Shown here piece after piece: positions 50,346 to 58,838 of a stretch of DNA of 64,000 nucleotides. This stretch comes from Candidatus Bathyarchaeota archaeon. GTDB lineage: Archaea > Thermoproteota > Bathyarchaeia > Bathyarchaeales > Bathycorpusculaceae. Made by a program: the position numbers and the translations under genes. The stretch is from contig CAWHXY010000004.1 in the NCBI GenBank assembly GCA_963833575.1, positions 896,001 to 960,000 on the forward strand, read 5' to 3'. The first letter of the stretch is position 1. Each line of letters opens with the position of its first letter. A model generated the notes under the pieces. That model ran no database searches, was not told where the DNA came from, and saw only the letters and a list, made by a program, of their open reading frames with translations.

Positions 50346-52979
50346 ATGGAAAAAACAAGAAATAGAATTGTAACTATTGTGATTGCGATATTTTTAATGA
50401 TTTCAATGTCAGCTTCGATAATGCTAGTGTCGAATGCTAGTGCTCATACTCCTGCTTGGCAGATTCCAACATACGCATATGTGCAGGCTGTGCCTAACCC
50501 TGTGGGTGTAGGCCAGCAAGCGATCATATATATGTGGGTTGACAAGATACCCGATGGAGCAGAACTAGGCAACAGCATTCGATTCCAGAACTACCAACTT
50601 ACCATTACTGCACCTGACAAAACAGTAACAACAAAGACTTTTGCAACTGTCCAAGATCCCACGTCAAATCAGCACTATTATTTCACTCCAACTCAAACCG
50701 GCACATACACCCTTAACTTTACATTCCCAGGATACGCATACACATATACAGGGCTCCTCGCAGGCTTCTTCGGTCCTCCCGCGCCAAGCGATTACGTAAA
50801 TGATACCTATTTGGCCAGTTCAGCATCTACAACGTTTACTGTCCAGAACTCAGCTATACCTACAATTCCAGCCAATCCGCTTCCATCAGCTTATTGGACA
50901 CGCCCAATTTATGGAGAGAACCCTAACTGGTACTCAATTTCATCAAACTGGCTAGGCATCAATGCACCAGGATATACTTCAGGTTACCCTGGTGATGCTG
51001 TGGGTCCTCAAACGGGCCATGTTATGTGGACTAGGTCGGTTCAAAGCGGTGGAGTGGTCGGCGGTAACAACTTTGAAATTCAAGGCGCCACTTACTTCGA
51101 GGGTTCTGCCTACGCTCAAAGATTTGAAGAACCAATAATACTTGATGGAAAACTCTACTATGCAGAACCAATATCGTTCGGGGGCAACAACTACGGGCCA
51201 ACGGACTGCGTTGATCTGCGCACTGGACAGCTTATTTGGTCTCGCACTGATGTACCGCAGCCATCCTTCGGTCTCATATTTGACGTTCAGGAACCCAACC
51301 AACACGGAACTTACCCACCAATACTAATTGATGCTGTTGGGCAAAGCTTCTTTTCGACTGCGTCTGTCTGGAGAGCTTTTGATGCAGACACAGGAGATCC
51401 GATGTTCAACGTAACTAACATTCCTTCAGGCGTAACGGCTATGGGCGCAAATGGGGAATACTTGATATATGTCTTGACAAATGATGGCACTGTTGCACAT
51501 CCTCAGTATTATTTAGCTCAATGGAACTCGTCTAACCTGTGGTCCGGTCAATACAACGGCGCATCAACAACACCATCCGTAGTTCCACCTATAACTGACG
51601 GGAGCAACCCCCTTATGTACGACTGGAACATTTCGATACCCTCACTAAACACCCTGACCTCAACATCTTCTATAGTTGCAGCGTTCACCAACAATATGCT
51701 GATTGGCATGAGCGGCTCCTACCCTGGAGCTCCTAGTTTGTTCAGTGTAGCAAGCTGGTCTCCCTACACATACTTCGGTGTAAACCTTAACGCTACTAAA
51801 GGTGCAGTCGGTTCGATACTGTGGACAAATACTGTTCAACCGCCAGCGGGCAATATTAGTGTCTCATATGCCGGGGCTGATCCAACGGTCGGTGTCTTCG
51901 CTGAAACATATAAGGAAACGATGCAGCGAGTAGGCTTCAGTATGGCGACAGGCAAGCAAATTTGGGGTCCAGTTGGCGATCAAGTGGCCTTCCAATACTA
52001 CAGCACTACTGGATACTACAGCGGCGGAATAGGCGGATGCGTACTTGCTTACGGTAAACTCTACAGCGCTGGATATGGCGGAATAGTCTACTGTTATGAT
52101 CTGAACAATGGGAACCTACTTTGGACTTATGGTAATGGTGGCGAGGGCAACAGTACTAGTATGGATTATGGTGTACGTGGTAACTATCCAACTAGCATAT
52201 ATGCGGTTGGCAACGGCGTGGTGTACACGATTACTACGGAGCATACTGTTCAAACACCAATTTACAAGGGTGCAGAGACACGCGGCATTAACGCTACAGA
52301 CGGAACGGAAATCTATACTCTCGATGATTACTGTGGCTCGTTTGCTACTGCAACAGCTGCTATCGCAGACGGCTTTGCAACAGTTTTCAATGGCTATGAT
52401 AACCAAATTTATAGCATAGGCAGAGGACCTAGCGCCTTAACAGTAGAAGCGCCAAAGACATCAAACGAACTGGGCAAATCGTTGGTAATTGACGGTTCAG
52501 TACTGGATATTTCTGCAGGTACAAAACAGGCACAGCAGGCAGCTGATTTCCCTAACGGTGTTCCAGTGGCATCTGACGCGAGCATGAAGGATTGGATGGG
52601 CTATGTTTACCAACAGAAACCCTTGCCCAGTAACTTTACTGGTGTTCAGGTGACGATCGACGTTTTAGACTCTAATGGCAACTACCGAAACATTGGCACT
52701 GTTAATACTGATGCAACCGGCATGTACAGTTTGTCTTGGAAACCTAACATTTCAGGCAACTACACTGTCGTCGCTACTTTCCACGGCACCAACGCTTATT
52801 GGCCATCGTATTCAGAAACCACTTTCGTAGTAGATCCGGCAGCAGCTACACCAGCTCCAACGACAGCGCCAGTAGCTTCAAACACTGACACATACATTCT
52901 GGCTTCAGCTATCGCAATCATAGTCGTGCTAATCATCGTGGGCGCAATCCTGATGATGATGGTACGCAAACGACCATAA
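50346..52979 (+). CDS. Large secreted PQQ-like beta-propeller surface protein, paralogue 1
   Basis: Signal peptide, PLP..YWTRPIY, propeller repeats, C-terminal Ig-like region, TM, RKRP tail. Confidence 0.9.
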   Translation: MEKTRNRIVTIVIAIFLMISMSASIMLVSNASAHTPAWQIPTYAYVQAVPNPVGVGQQAIIYMWVDKIPDGAELGNSIRFQNYQLTITAPDKTVTTKTFATVQDPTSNQHYYFTPTQTGTYTLNFTFPGYAYTYTGLLAGFFGPPAPSDYVNDTYLASSASTTFTVQNSAIPTIPANPLPSAYWTRPIYGENPNWYSISSNWLGINAPGYTSGYPGDAVGPQTGHVMWTRSVQSGGVVGGNNFEIQGATYFEGSAYAQRFEEPIILDGKLYYAEPISFGGNNYGPTDCVDLRTGQLIWSRTDVPQPSFGLIFDVQEPNQHGTYPPILIDAVGQSFFSTASVWRAFDADTGDPMFNVTNIPSGVTAMGANGEYLIYVLTNDGTVAHPQYYLAQWNSSNLWSGQYNGASTTPSVVPPITDGSNPLMYDWNISIPSLNTLTSTSSIVAAFTNNMLIGMSGSYPGAPSLFSVASWSPYTYFGVNLNATKGAVGSILWTNTVQPPAGNISVSYAGADPTVGVFAETYKETMQRVGFSMATGKQIWGPVGDQVAFQYYSTTGYYSGGIGGCVLAYGKLYSAGYGGIVYCYDLNNGNLLWTYGNGGEGNSTSMDYGVRGNYPTSIYAVGNGVVYTITTEHTVQTPIYKGAETRGINATDGTEIYTLDDYCGSFATATAAIADGFATVFNGYDNQIYSIGRGPSALTVEAPKTSNELGKSLVIDGSVLDISAGTKQAQQAADFPNGVPVASDASMKDWMGYVYQQKPLPSNFTGVQVTIDVLDSNGNYRNIGTVNTDATGMYSLSWKPNISGNYTVVATFHGTNAYWPSYSETTFVVDPAAATPAPTTAPVASNTDTYILASAIAIIVVLIIVGAILMMMVRKRP

Positions 52980-53035
52980 AAAAAGGAAAACAAAAACAAA
53001 AACAACATTTCCCCTTTTTTAGTCTTAAAACAAAT

Positions 53036-53173
53036 GGAGAACAAATTCGGGCTGAGTAGGTTCTGGTTAAACTCACGATACGTGACATAGGATCGTTGAG
53101 AATTTTGCATTTTTTCTTTTTCTCCTAAAAGAAAATTTTTCTGTCCAGAACCTCAGCAAACCCTAAATTCTCC
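53036..53173 (+). ncRNA. Structured repeat element, copy A
   Basis: GGGCTGAGTAGGTTCTGG (53049-53066) pairs with CCAGAACCTCAGCAAACCC (53145-53163); outer GGAGAA/TTCTCC; inner CTCACGAT/ATCGTTGAG hairpin. Confidence 0.65.
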
Positions 53174-53348
53174 AATTTAAATTTAGAATCGGCACCATTT
53201 TGGTTTCAAATTCCACGGACCTGCCGTAAAGAAAATAGATCAGCTTTTCTCCAACTCAGCAAAAATTGTCAGAAATGACACTGGTTGCCAACTTTTAAAA
53301 AGCTGTTTGAAGCAATTAAAACAGTGAAGGAAAAAGCTTAAAATAAGC

Positions 53349-53445
53349 GCTGAATAGGTTTTGGTTTGATCATTATGGTGCAATCGTGATAGTTGACTCG
53401 TATTTGGTTTGTTTTCTCTTAAAGTTTCCAGAGCCTCAGCAAACC
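53349..53445 (+). ncRNA. Structured repeat element, copy B (more diverged)
   Basis: GCTGAATAGGTTTTGG pairs with CCAGAGCCTCAGCAAACC using two U-G wobbles; inner ATCAT/GTGAT hairpin. Confidence 0.55.
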
Positions 53446-53507
53446 TTTGAGGTTACTATTTTTTGGAAACAAAACAAGATTTTTTCTAAACTTTGCGAAG
53501 GCGGTTT

Positions 53508-53528
53508 GGAAGAAGTGGAACTTGTTAC
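53508..53528. promoter_or_regulatory. Second copy of the propeller-gene operator (GGAAGAAGT-GGA-ACTTGTTAC)
   Basis: Same right arm and similar spacing to a TATA-like box as at 50264-50284. Confidence 0.6.
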
Positions 53529-53592
53529 AAAGGCTTAAGCGCACTTTTGGTGTCTAGCATTTTCTAGCTCAATAAAAAATGAAGGAAAAAAA

Positions 53593-56175
53593 ATGAAAAA
53601 CAGAAAAATGAAAAACAGAAAATTTATGCTATCTCTAATTCTCATGATAGTGCTAAGTATGTCAATGATGATGCAAATTCCTCATACTGTACATGCGGCA
53701 TCTACGCTTAATGTGACAGACTATTTGTATGTCAGCGCTGGGCCTAGTCCTGTAGGCGTTGGACAAACCATATACCTTAACCTCTTCTTCACTAAGCCTA
53801 TACCCACAGTCAGCGGTTTCGTTTCTACATTGTACACTGGTATGTCAATCAATGTTATCAAGCCAGATGGAACTAATGAAACTCTCGGACCTTACACGGC
53901 TGATACTACGGGCGGTGTTGGAGGACTTTCATTCGCACCTGCTACAGTTGGAAACTATACTTTCCAAGGAATATTTCCGGGGCAAAATATAGGGACCGAT
54001 GCTACGGGCACGACCTATATTATGGATGCTTCCAATAGCCCTCCTGTTTCAGTTGTCGTTCAACAAGGGCAAATATCGTATAATTCTGGCTCTCCGCTCC
54101 CAACAAACTACTGGACACGCCCAATATACGCATCGAACTTTTACTGGCAAACTATTGGTGGAAACTGGTACGGTTTAGGAAGACCCGCCTTCGACAACAC
54201 TGGTGGATACGATGGAACTGGAAACAACTTCCAACAATACAGCACTGCGCCAACTACTGCTCACATACTTTGGACTAAGGCAACAACAACCGGAGGTCAA
54301 CCTGGCGGCGAAACTATCGCTAATGAAGAGAATGCTTACTCAACAGCATCCCCGCTCTACCACCTATTTGAACCAATAATTCTCAATGGAGTACTTTATG
54401 AAAACTTGTGGGCAGCTCAAACCGATAACGCAGGCATTATTGCAATAGACCTCCGCACAGGACAAACATTGTGGGATCAGAACACTTCTGACGTCTTAAT
54501 TTATGGTCAAGTTGTAAATTTCCACAACAATGAAGAATTTGGCTCTCAAGCATTTCTATGGACATCGCATTTAGCCGGCTATGACGGCATGGGTATGTTT
54601 GGCCCAAATGCAGTCTACGATTATAATATATTGGATCCAGTGACTGGAAATCAGATGGCTACCGTAACCGATGTTCCCAGCAGCATAGCTAATCTCTTCG
54701 GAACATCACCAAGTGCACTTATAGATTCCAATGAAACCAATACCTCAGGAGCAATTCTAATCTACTATTTAGGCGACAGCAATAATCTAATAATGTGGAA
54801 CTCAAGCCAATGTCTTAGTCCTTCCGGCGGATTCGGATCACCCACAGGCTCTTACAAGCCATCAGGATCCTACAACTTTACAGCAGGCATACAATGGTCA
54901 ATCACGCTTCCTAACGCAAACCCAGCATTTGGCATCGCTGAGATGAATAATCAAGCAATACTTTTGAGTTCACATCCACCGACACTTTCTACGTTTGCCG
55001 ACCAATTTGGCGCTGATTTTGCAACTGATGTGGCCTATGATCCCGCTACTGGCGCTAAGCTTTGGGGACCAACTAACCAGACGACAACGAACTTTGATGA
55101 CGTTGGAATAGTTGCTGTAGGAGATGGTGCATACGTCAGACATGACAAAGACACAAATCAACTCTATGGCTACTCACTGACAACTGGCCAACTGCTCTGG
55201 GGACCAACACAACTCGTAGGAAACGCTTTGACCCATCTTTTCGCTTCTGCTGCTATAGCTTACGGTAGAGTTTACATTTGGGACTTCGGCGGCTACGTAA
55301 ATGCTGTTGATCTCAAAACTGGAAAACTCGACTGGACCTACACTCGCGGATCAGCAGGTTATGACACACCCTACGGCATATATCCAATCTGGGTCTACGG
55401 AACACAAACCATTGCTAACGGAATGCTGTTCCTCTCTGAAGGTCGACTATATGATCCACCGCTGTTTCCAGGCGGAGAAAAACTCGCGATAAACTGCACT
55501 GATGGTTCACTTGTCTGGGCAATAAGCGGAGCATTCATGAGATCGCCAAGCCCTGTTGCTGATGGAGAACTGCTTGGATTTAACGGCTACGACAGTCAAA
55601 TATACGCTTTCGGCACTGGACCAACAAGAGTTGCGGTCAATGCACCTGATCCTGTTACGTCTGTAGGTTCGCCTATGATCTTACGCGGCACAGTCACTGA
55701 CATCTCCAGCGGCTCACAACAAGAAGCAGTTGCAGCAAACTTCCCTAACGGGTTACCATGCGTTTCTGACGCTAGTATGACTTCATTTATGGAAGCCGTT
55801 TACGAACAGCAGCCAATGCCAACCAACATTACAGGTGTTCCTGTTACGGTAAGTGTTACTGACTCGAATGGAAACTGCTACAGCATAGGCACTACTTCAA
55901 CTGATCCAAGCGGCATGTTCACGCTAACTTGGGCACCTACAATCTCAGGTAACTATACCGTAACCGCATCGTTTGCAGGCACGCAATCGTATTATTCATC
56001 TTCCGCGGAAACATCCTTCTATGCTACTGCTGCTCACCCAGACACTGCTGCTCCAACAGCTACACCTGTCTCAATTGCTGACCAATACTTCATCCCGCTG
56101 TCAATCGCAATGATTCTCGTAATAATCATAATTGGCGCCATACTTGCAGTACTGTTGCTAAGAAAACGACCATAA
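53593..56175 (+). CDS. Large secreted PQQ-like beta-propeller surface protein, paralogue 2
   Basis: Same architecture as 50346-52979 (YWTRPIY, A.FPNG.P..SDASM, RKRP). Confidence 0.9.
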   Translation: MKNRKMKNRKFMLSLILMIVLSMSMMMQIPHTVHAASTLNVTDYLYVSAGPSPVGVGQTIYLNLFFTKPIPTVSGFVSTLYTGMSINVIKPDGTNETLGPYTADTTGGVGGLSFAPATVGNYTFQGIFPGQNIGTDATGTTYIMDASNSPPVSVVVQQGQISYNSGSPLPTNYWTRPIYASNFYWQTIGGNWYGLGRPAFDNTGGYDGTGNNFQQYSTAPTTAHILWTKATTTGGQPGGETIANEENAYSTASPLYHLFEPIILNGVLYENLWAAQTDNAGIIAIDLRTGQTLWDQNTSDVLIYGQVVNFHNNEEFGSQAFLWTSHLAGYDGMGMFGPNAVYDYNILDPVTGNQMATVTDVPSSIANLFGTSPSALIDSNETNTSGAILIYYLGDSNNLIMWNSSQCLSPSGGFGSPTGSYKPSGSYNFTAGIQWSITLPNANPAFGIAEMNNQAILLSSHPPTLSTFADQFGADFATDVAYDPATGAKLWGPTNQTTTNFDDVGIVAVGDGAYVRHDKDTNQLYGYSLTTGQLLWGPTQLVGNALTHLFASAAIAYGRVYIWDFGGYVNAVDLKTGKLDWTYTRGSAGYDTPYGIYPIWVYGTQTIANGMLFLSEGRLYDPPLFPGGEKLAINCTDGSLVWAISGAFMRSPSPVADGELLGFNGYDSQIYAFGTGPTRVAVNAPDPVTSVGSPMILRGTVTDISSGSQQEAVAANFPNGLPCVSDASMTSFMEAVYEQQPMPTNITGVPVTVSVTDSNGNCYSIGTTSTDPSGMFTLTWAPTISGNYTVTASFAGTQSYYSSSAETSFYATAAHPDTAAPTATPVSIADQYFIPLSIAMILVIIIIGAILAVLLLRKRP

Positions 56176-56237
56176 AAACACCAGACAAAAACAAAAAAAA
56201 AAATCACATCCCTTTTTTTTAGTTTTGAAAAAGCAAT

Positions 56238-56368
56238 GGAGAAAAAATTGGGCTGAGTAGGCTCTGGCTAAGATTCACGAGATAGCAATAGTTCGTGATA
56301 GTGCAGTTGCATTTGTGTTTTTATCCTTTATTTTCTGCGCCAGAGCCTCAGCAAACCCTGAATTCTCC
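56238..56368 (+). ncRNA. Structured repeat element, copy C
   Basis: GGGCTGAGTAGGCTCTGGC (56250-56268) pairs with GCCAGAGCCTCAGCAAACCC (56339-56358); outer GGAGAA/TTCTCC; inner TCACGA/TCGTGA. Confidence 0.65.
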
Positions 56369-56561
56369 AATTGAAATTCAAGACTCGAATCCTTTTGGTT
56401 CAAATTCCATCACAATCGCCGTAAGGGAAAAAAACTTGTTTCTGAAATAGTGTCGTCAATGACGTGGGACTTGAACCGTTCAGATTTAACTCTCTTTGAT
56501 TACATCAATTTCCCAAAAAAACGGGTTTCATATTTAGAAGTGATTTTTCGATCTTTGTATT

Positions 56562-56790
56562 CTACAGAGGAATTATTTCGGCGTCTGCGCAACCGCTGAC
56601 TATTTTGGTGATTCTTACTTTTACGTGTTCGTTAGCTTTTGCATTGCCGATGAAGACTGGAAAACCTTTGATTTTGGCTATGCCTTCTCCGTTTGGGCTC
56701 ATATCGACGACGTCCACTTCATATTCGTCTCCAATTTCAAAGGGGTAATCAATTCCTCTGCCTCTATTTTTGGCATTTCTTGGGGCTCGT
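56562..56790 (-). CDS. Stand-alone TRAM-domain protein; no canonical in-frame start found upstream of the domain
   Basis: Manual translation PFEIGDEYEVDVVDMSPNGEGIAKIKGFPVFIGNAKANEHVKVRITKIVSGCADAEII; absent from ORF track. Confidence 0.7.
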
Positions 56791-57002
56791 TTTTTTGGGC
56801 TAAAAGTGCATCTTCCTCGCTTTAAACATAATTAACATTTAGTATTATACATCAAACGCATAAGTGTTTTGTCTGCCTTCTTAAAGAAAAAGCTGGAAGA
56901 CAACAAATTATCTATGTTTTAAGATAAACCGACATGAAAAAAGAAAAAAGCAGGATGTGACACTATACAATTTGGTGTTGAAGAATTCTTTCAGCTTTTA
57001 TT

Positions 57003-57248
57003 ATGCTACCTACTCCAAGTTACACCCAATACATTTATTGTCCAAATTGCAGATCACAAGTGCCTGCTTTCTCAAACTACTGCAATATATGCGGGACAAA
57101 AATACGTCTACCCATGCTGCTGAAAATTTGTCCGAAATGCCAAACCCGAATACTAGCTACCGCGAAATTTTGCCCAGAATGCGGGCAAAAACAAAAATTC
57201 AACAATGAAGAAAAATCTAATGTACCGCAGGCGGCAAACCCCTGCTAG
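57003..57248 (+). CDS. Double zinc-ribbon protein
   Basis: CPNC, CNICG, CPKC, FCPECG. Confidence 0.8.
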   Translation: MLPTPSYTQYIYCPNCRSQVPAFSNYCNICGTKIRLPMLLKICPKCQTRILATAKFCPECGQKQKFNNEEKSNVPQAANPC

Positions 57249-57440
57249 CTTTATCCGAAGTCCTTCAAGCCAAACTTGATACATCTGATCCACACGGCGA
57301 ACTTGAAAATTTGCTGGTTCGCAACGAGCAAGCCAAAAAAATATGATTTGAATAAGTCAACACGAAAACCCAAATAACTACTTACTGATTCTGAGCTGAA
57401 AAACCAACAGAAACCAATGCAAGATTACTTTTTCGTTCAA

Positions 57441-57502
57441 AACACGCAAGAACACGTAAGAAATGCGCAAAAAGACGTTAAAACCGCGCAGAAAGACGTC
57501 AA
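57441..57502 (+). repeat. Six-unit ~10.5-bp-period RCGY/A-tract array
   Basis: CG at 57445, 57455, 57466, 57476, 57487, 57497. Confidence 0.7.
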
Positions 57503-57743
57503 ATCTCTTCATAACTTCAAAAGCAAAACGTCGCAAGCTCCAAGCTTTCGCCAATCTAAGCTTATTCCAAGCCTCTCTCAAAACGAATCATCGCAAAAAT
57601 TGAAGGAAAAGCTTCAAAATCAAATTTCATCTTGCTTAACCATATTCATTTTCGTTGAGAACGCATTCCTGATCTGATAATCTCTCTTTTTAAAATCAAC
57701 AACAACGGTTCAATTAACGCGTCCAAATAATGTACTCTATTTC

Positions 57744-58838
57744 TTAGTTCTTTAGTTTTGTAGGTAAGTATTCGTCAACTATGTATGTTAATCCGTATCT
57801 GCTGAAAGCTTCCTGTTCGGCTTTTCTTTTTATTTTTAGGAATAGTTTGATTTCTTTTTGCCAGATGGGGTCATTTTGGTATCTTGGGTCTCTTTGCAAT
57901 TCGTATAGTCGTTTGATGTCTACTTCGTCTAGGGGGTCGGTTGGGAGTTTGTATTCAATTATGTCGCTTGCCCACACTCCGCTCCAAACAGCGTCTGGCG
58001 TGTTTAGTTCTCGCAGGTGTGCTGCGTTGGCTGAGCCTGAAATGATGACTTGTGCAATGTGCATTCCCCACGGATCACCATCAGTCAAAATGTAAACTGG
58101 CAAATTCAACTCGTCATGTAGGCGTCGGATGAAACTGCGGGTTTGCCTGGGGGCTTGTCCACCGCATGAAATTAGCAAAGCGTGATGTTTGTTATGCACG
58201 TTTTCTTCGATGAATCTTGTAAAGAGGGCGCCTTTCTCTATCGCGATGACTTTGTCTGCTCTTGTTTTAATAAGCTCTGATGAGGTCAAAGCTGGACCAA
58301 TCAAAACGCCGTCTGGGTGACTGGTTAGATTCAACGTTTTTCCTTCATAACCGGGAACAGTGTAGCCGATGTCTAAGTCGCCGAAAATTGCGCTGCGTTC
58401 TTCTGGAAAAATGTGAAAGTCTTCTCGAGCAAAACCCGTCAGAGTTTCTAGATCGGTGATAATGTTGTTGGATTCCTGCTGGTCAGTGAAAGTCATCTCG
58501 TAGGCTTGCGCGGAATAGTAAACGTCTCTTAATGTGCTGGTTTTGCGTTGAGTTGTTAGTTCATTGCTAAACATCGCTGCCCACGCAAGTTGAGTGAAAG
58601 GCTTAATGTGGCGGATGTTTCTAGCGCTTCGGCTAACGTTTCTTTCGCCTAAAATATACTGTCGTAAGGTTGGGTCGTAAGCAATGTTGTCTGTGCCGCG
58701 GCTTGGCATTTCAATCGTTGGAAAAACGCCTTGATCTAGCTGATTGTAGATTTTGCTGCCGAATTCATGAAGACCTTTGATTACTTCATTTTGACGTTCA
58801 AGTATCTTAGCTTTCTTCTGCGCCATACTTCTGTACAC
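57744..58838 (-). CDS. top6A: DNA topoisomerase VI subunit A
   Basis: TLRDVYY catalytic Tyr, IEK, TDGDPWG, KAEQEA. Confidence 0.96.
   Translation of the reverse strand: MYRSMAQKKAKILERQNEVIKGLHEFGSKIYNQLDQGVFPTIEMPSRGTDNIAYDPTLRQYILGERNVSRSARNIRHIKPFTQLAWAAMFSNELTTQRKTSTLRDVYYSAQAYEMTFTDQQESNNIITDLETLTGFAREDFHIFPEERSAIFGDLDIGYTVPGYEGKTLNLTSHPDGVLIGPALTSSELIKTRADKVIAIEKGALFTRFIEENVHNKHHALLISCGGQAPRQTRSFIRRLHDELNLPVYILTDGDPWGMHIAQVIISGSANAAHLRELNTPDAVWSGVWASDIIEYKLPTDPLDEVDIKRLYELQRDPRYQNDPIWQKEIKLFLKIKRKAEQEAFSRYGLTYIVDEYLPTKLKN

Noticed and set aside
52796-53110. 104-aa minus-strand ORF starting inside element copy A, and 14-aa ORF MQLHYHELLLSRES inside copy C
   Set aside because: Lengths and sequences are not conserved between copies, copy B has no ATG there, and the long ORF overlaps the propeller gene antisense; a leader-peptide role cannot be fully excluded
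53036-53173. Element as TPP or c-di-AMP riboswitch, or as a canonical integron attC
   Set aside because: GCTGAG resemblance only; the other conserved riboswitch cores are missing, there are no RYYYAAC/GTTRRRY boxes, and no integrase is in the window
57417-57677. 86-aa ORF with AQKDVK repeats
   Set aside because: Peptide repeat is explained by the phased DNA array; no recognisable domain or clear SD
49012-57740. Integrated element at tRNA-Gly
   Set aside because: No duplicated tRNA 3' end (att site), integrase or other mobility gene seen
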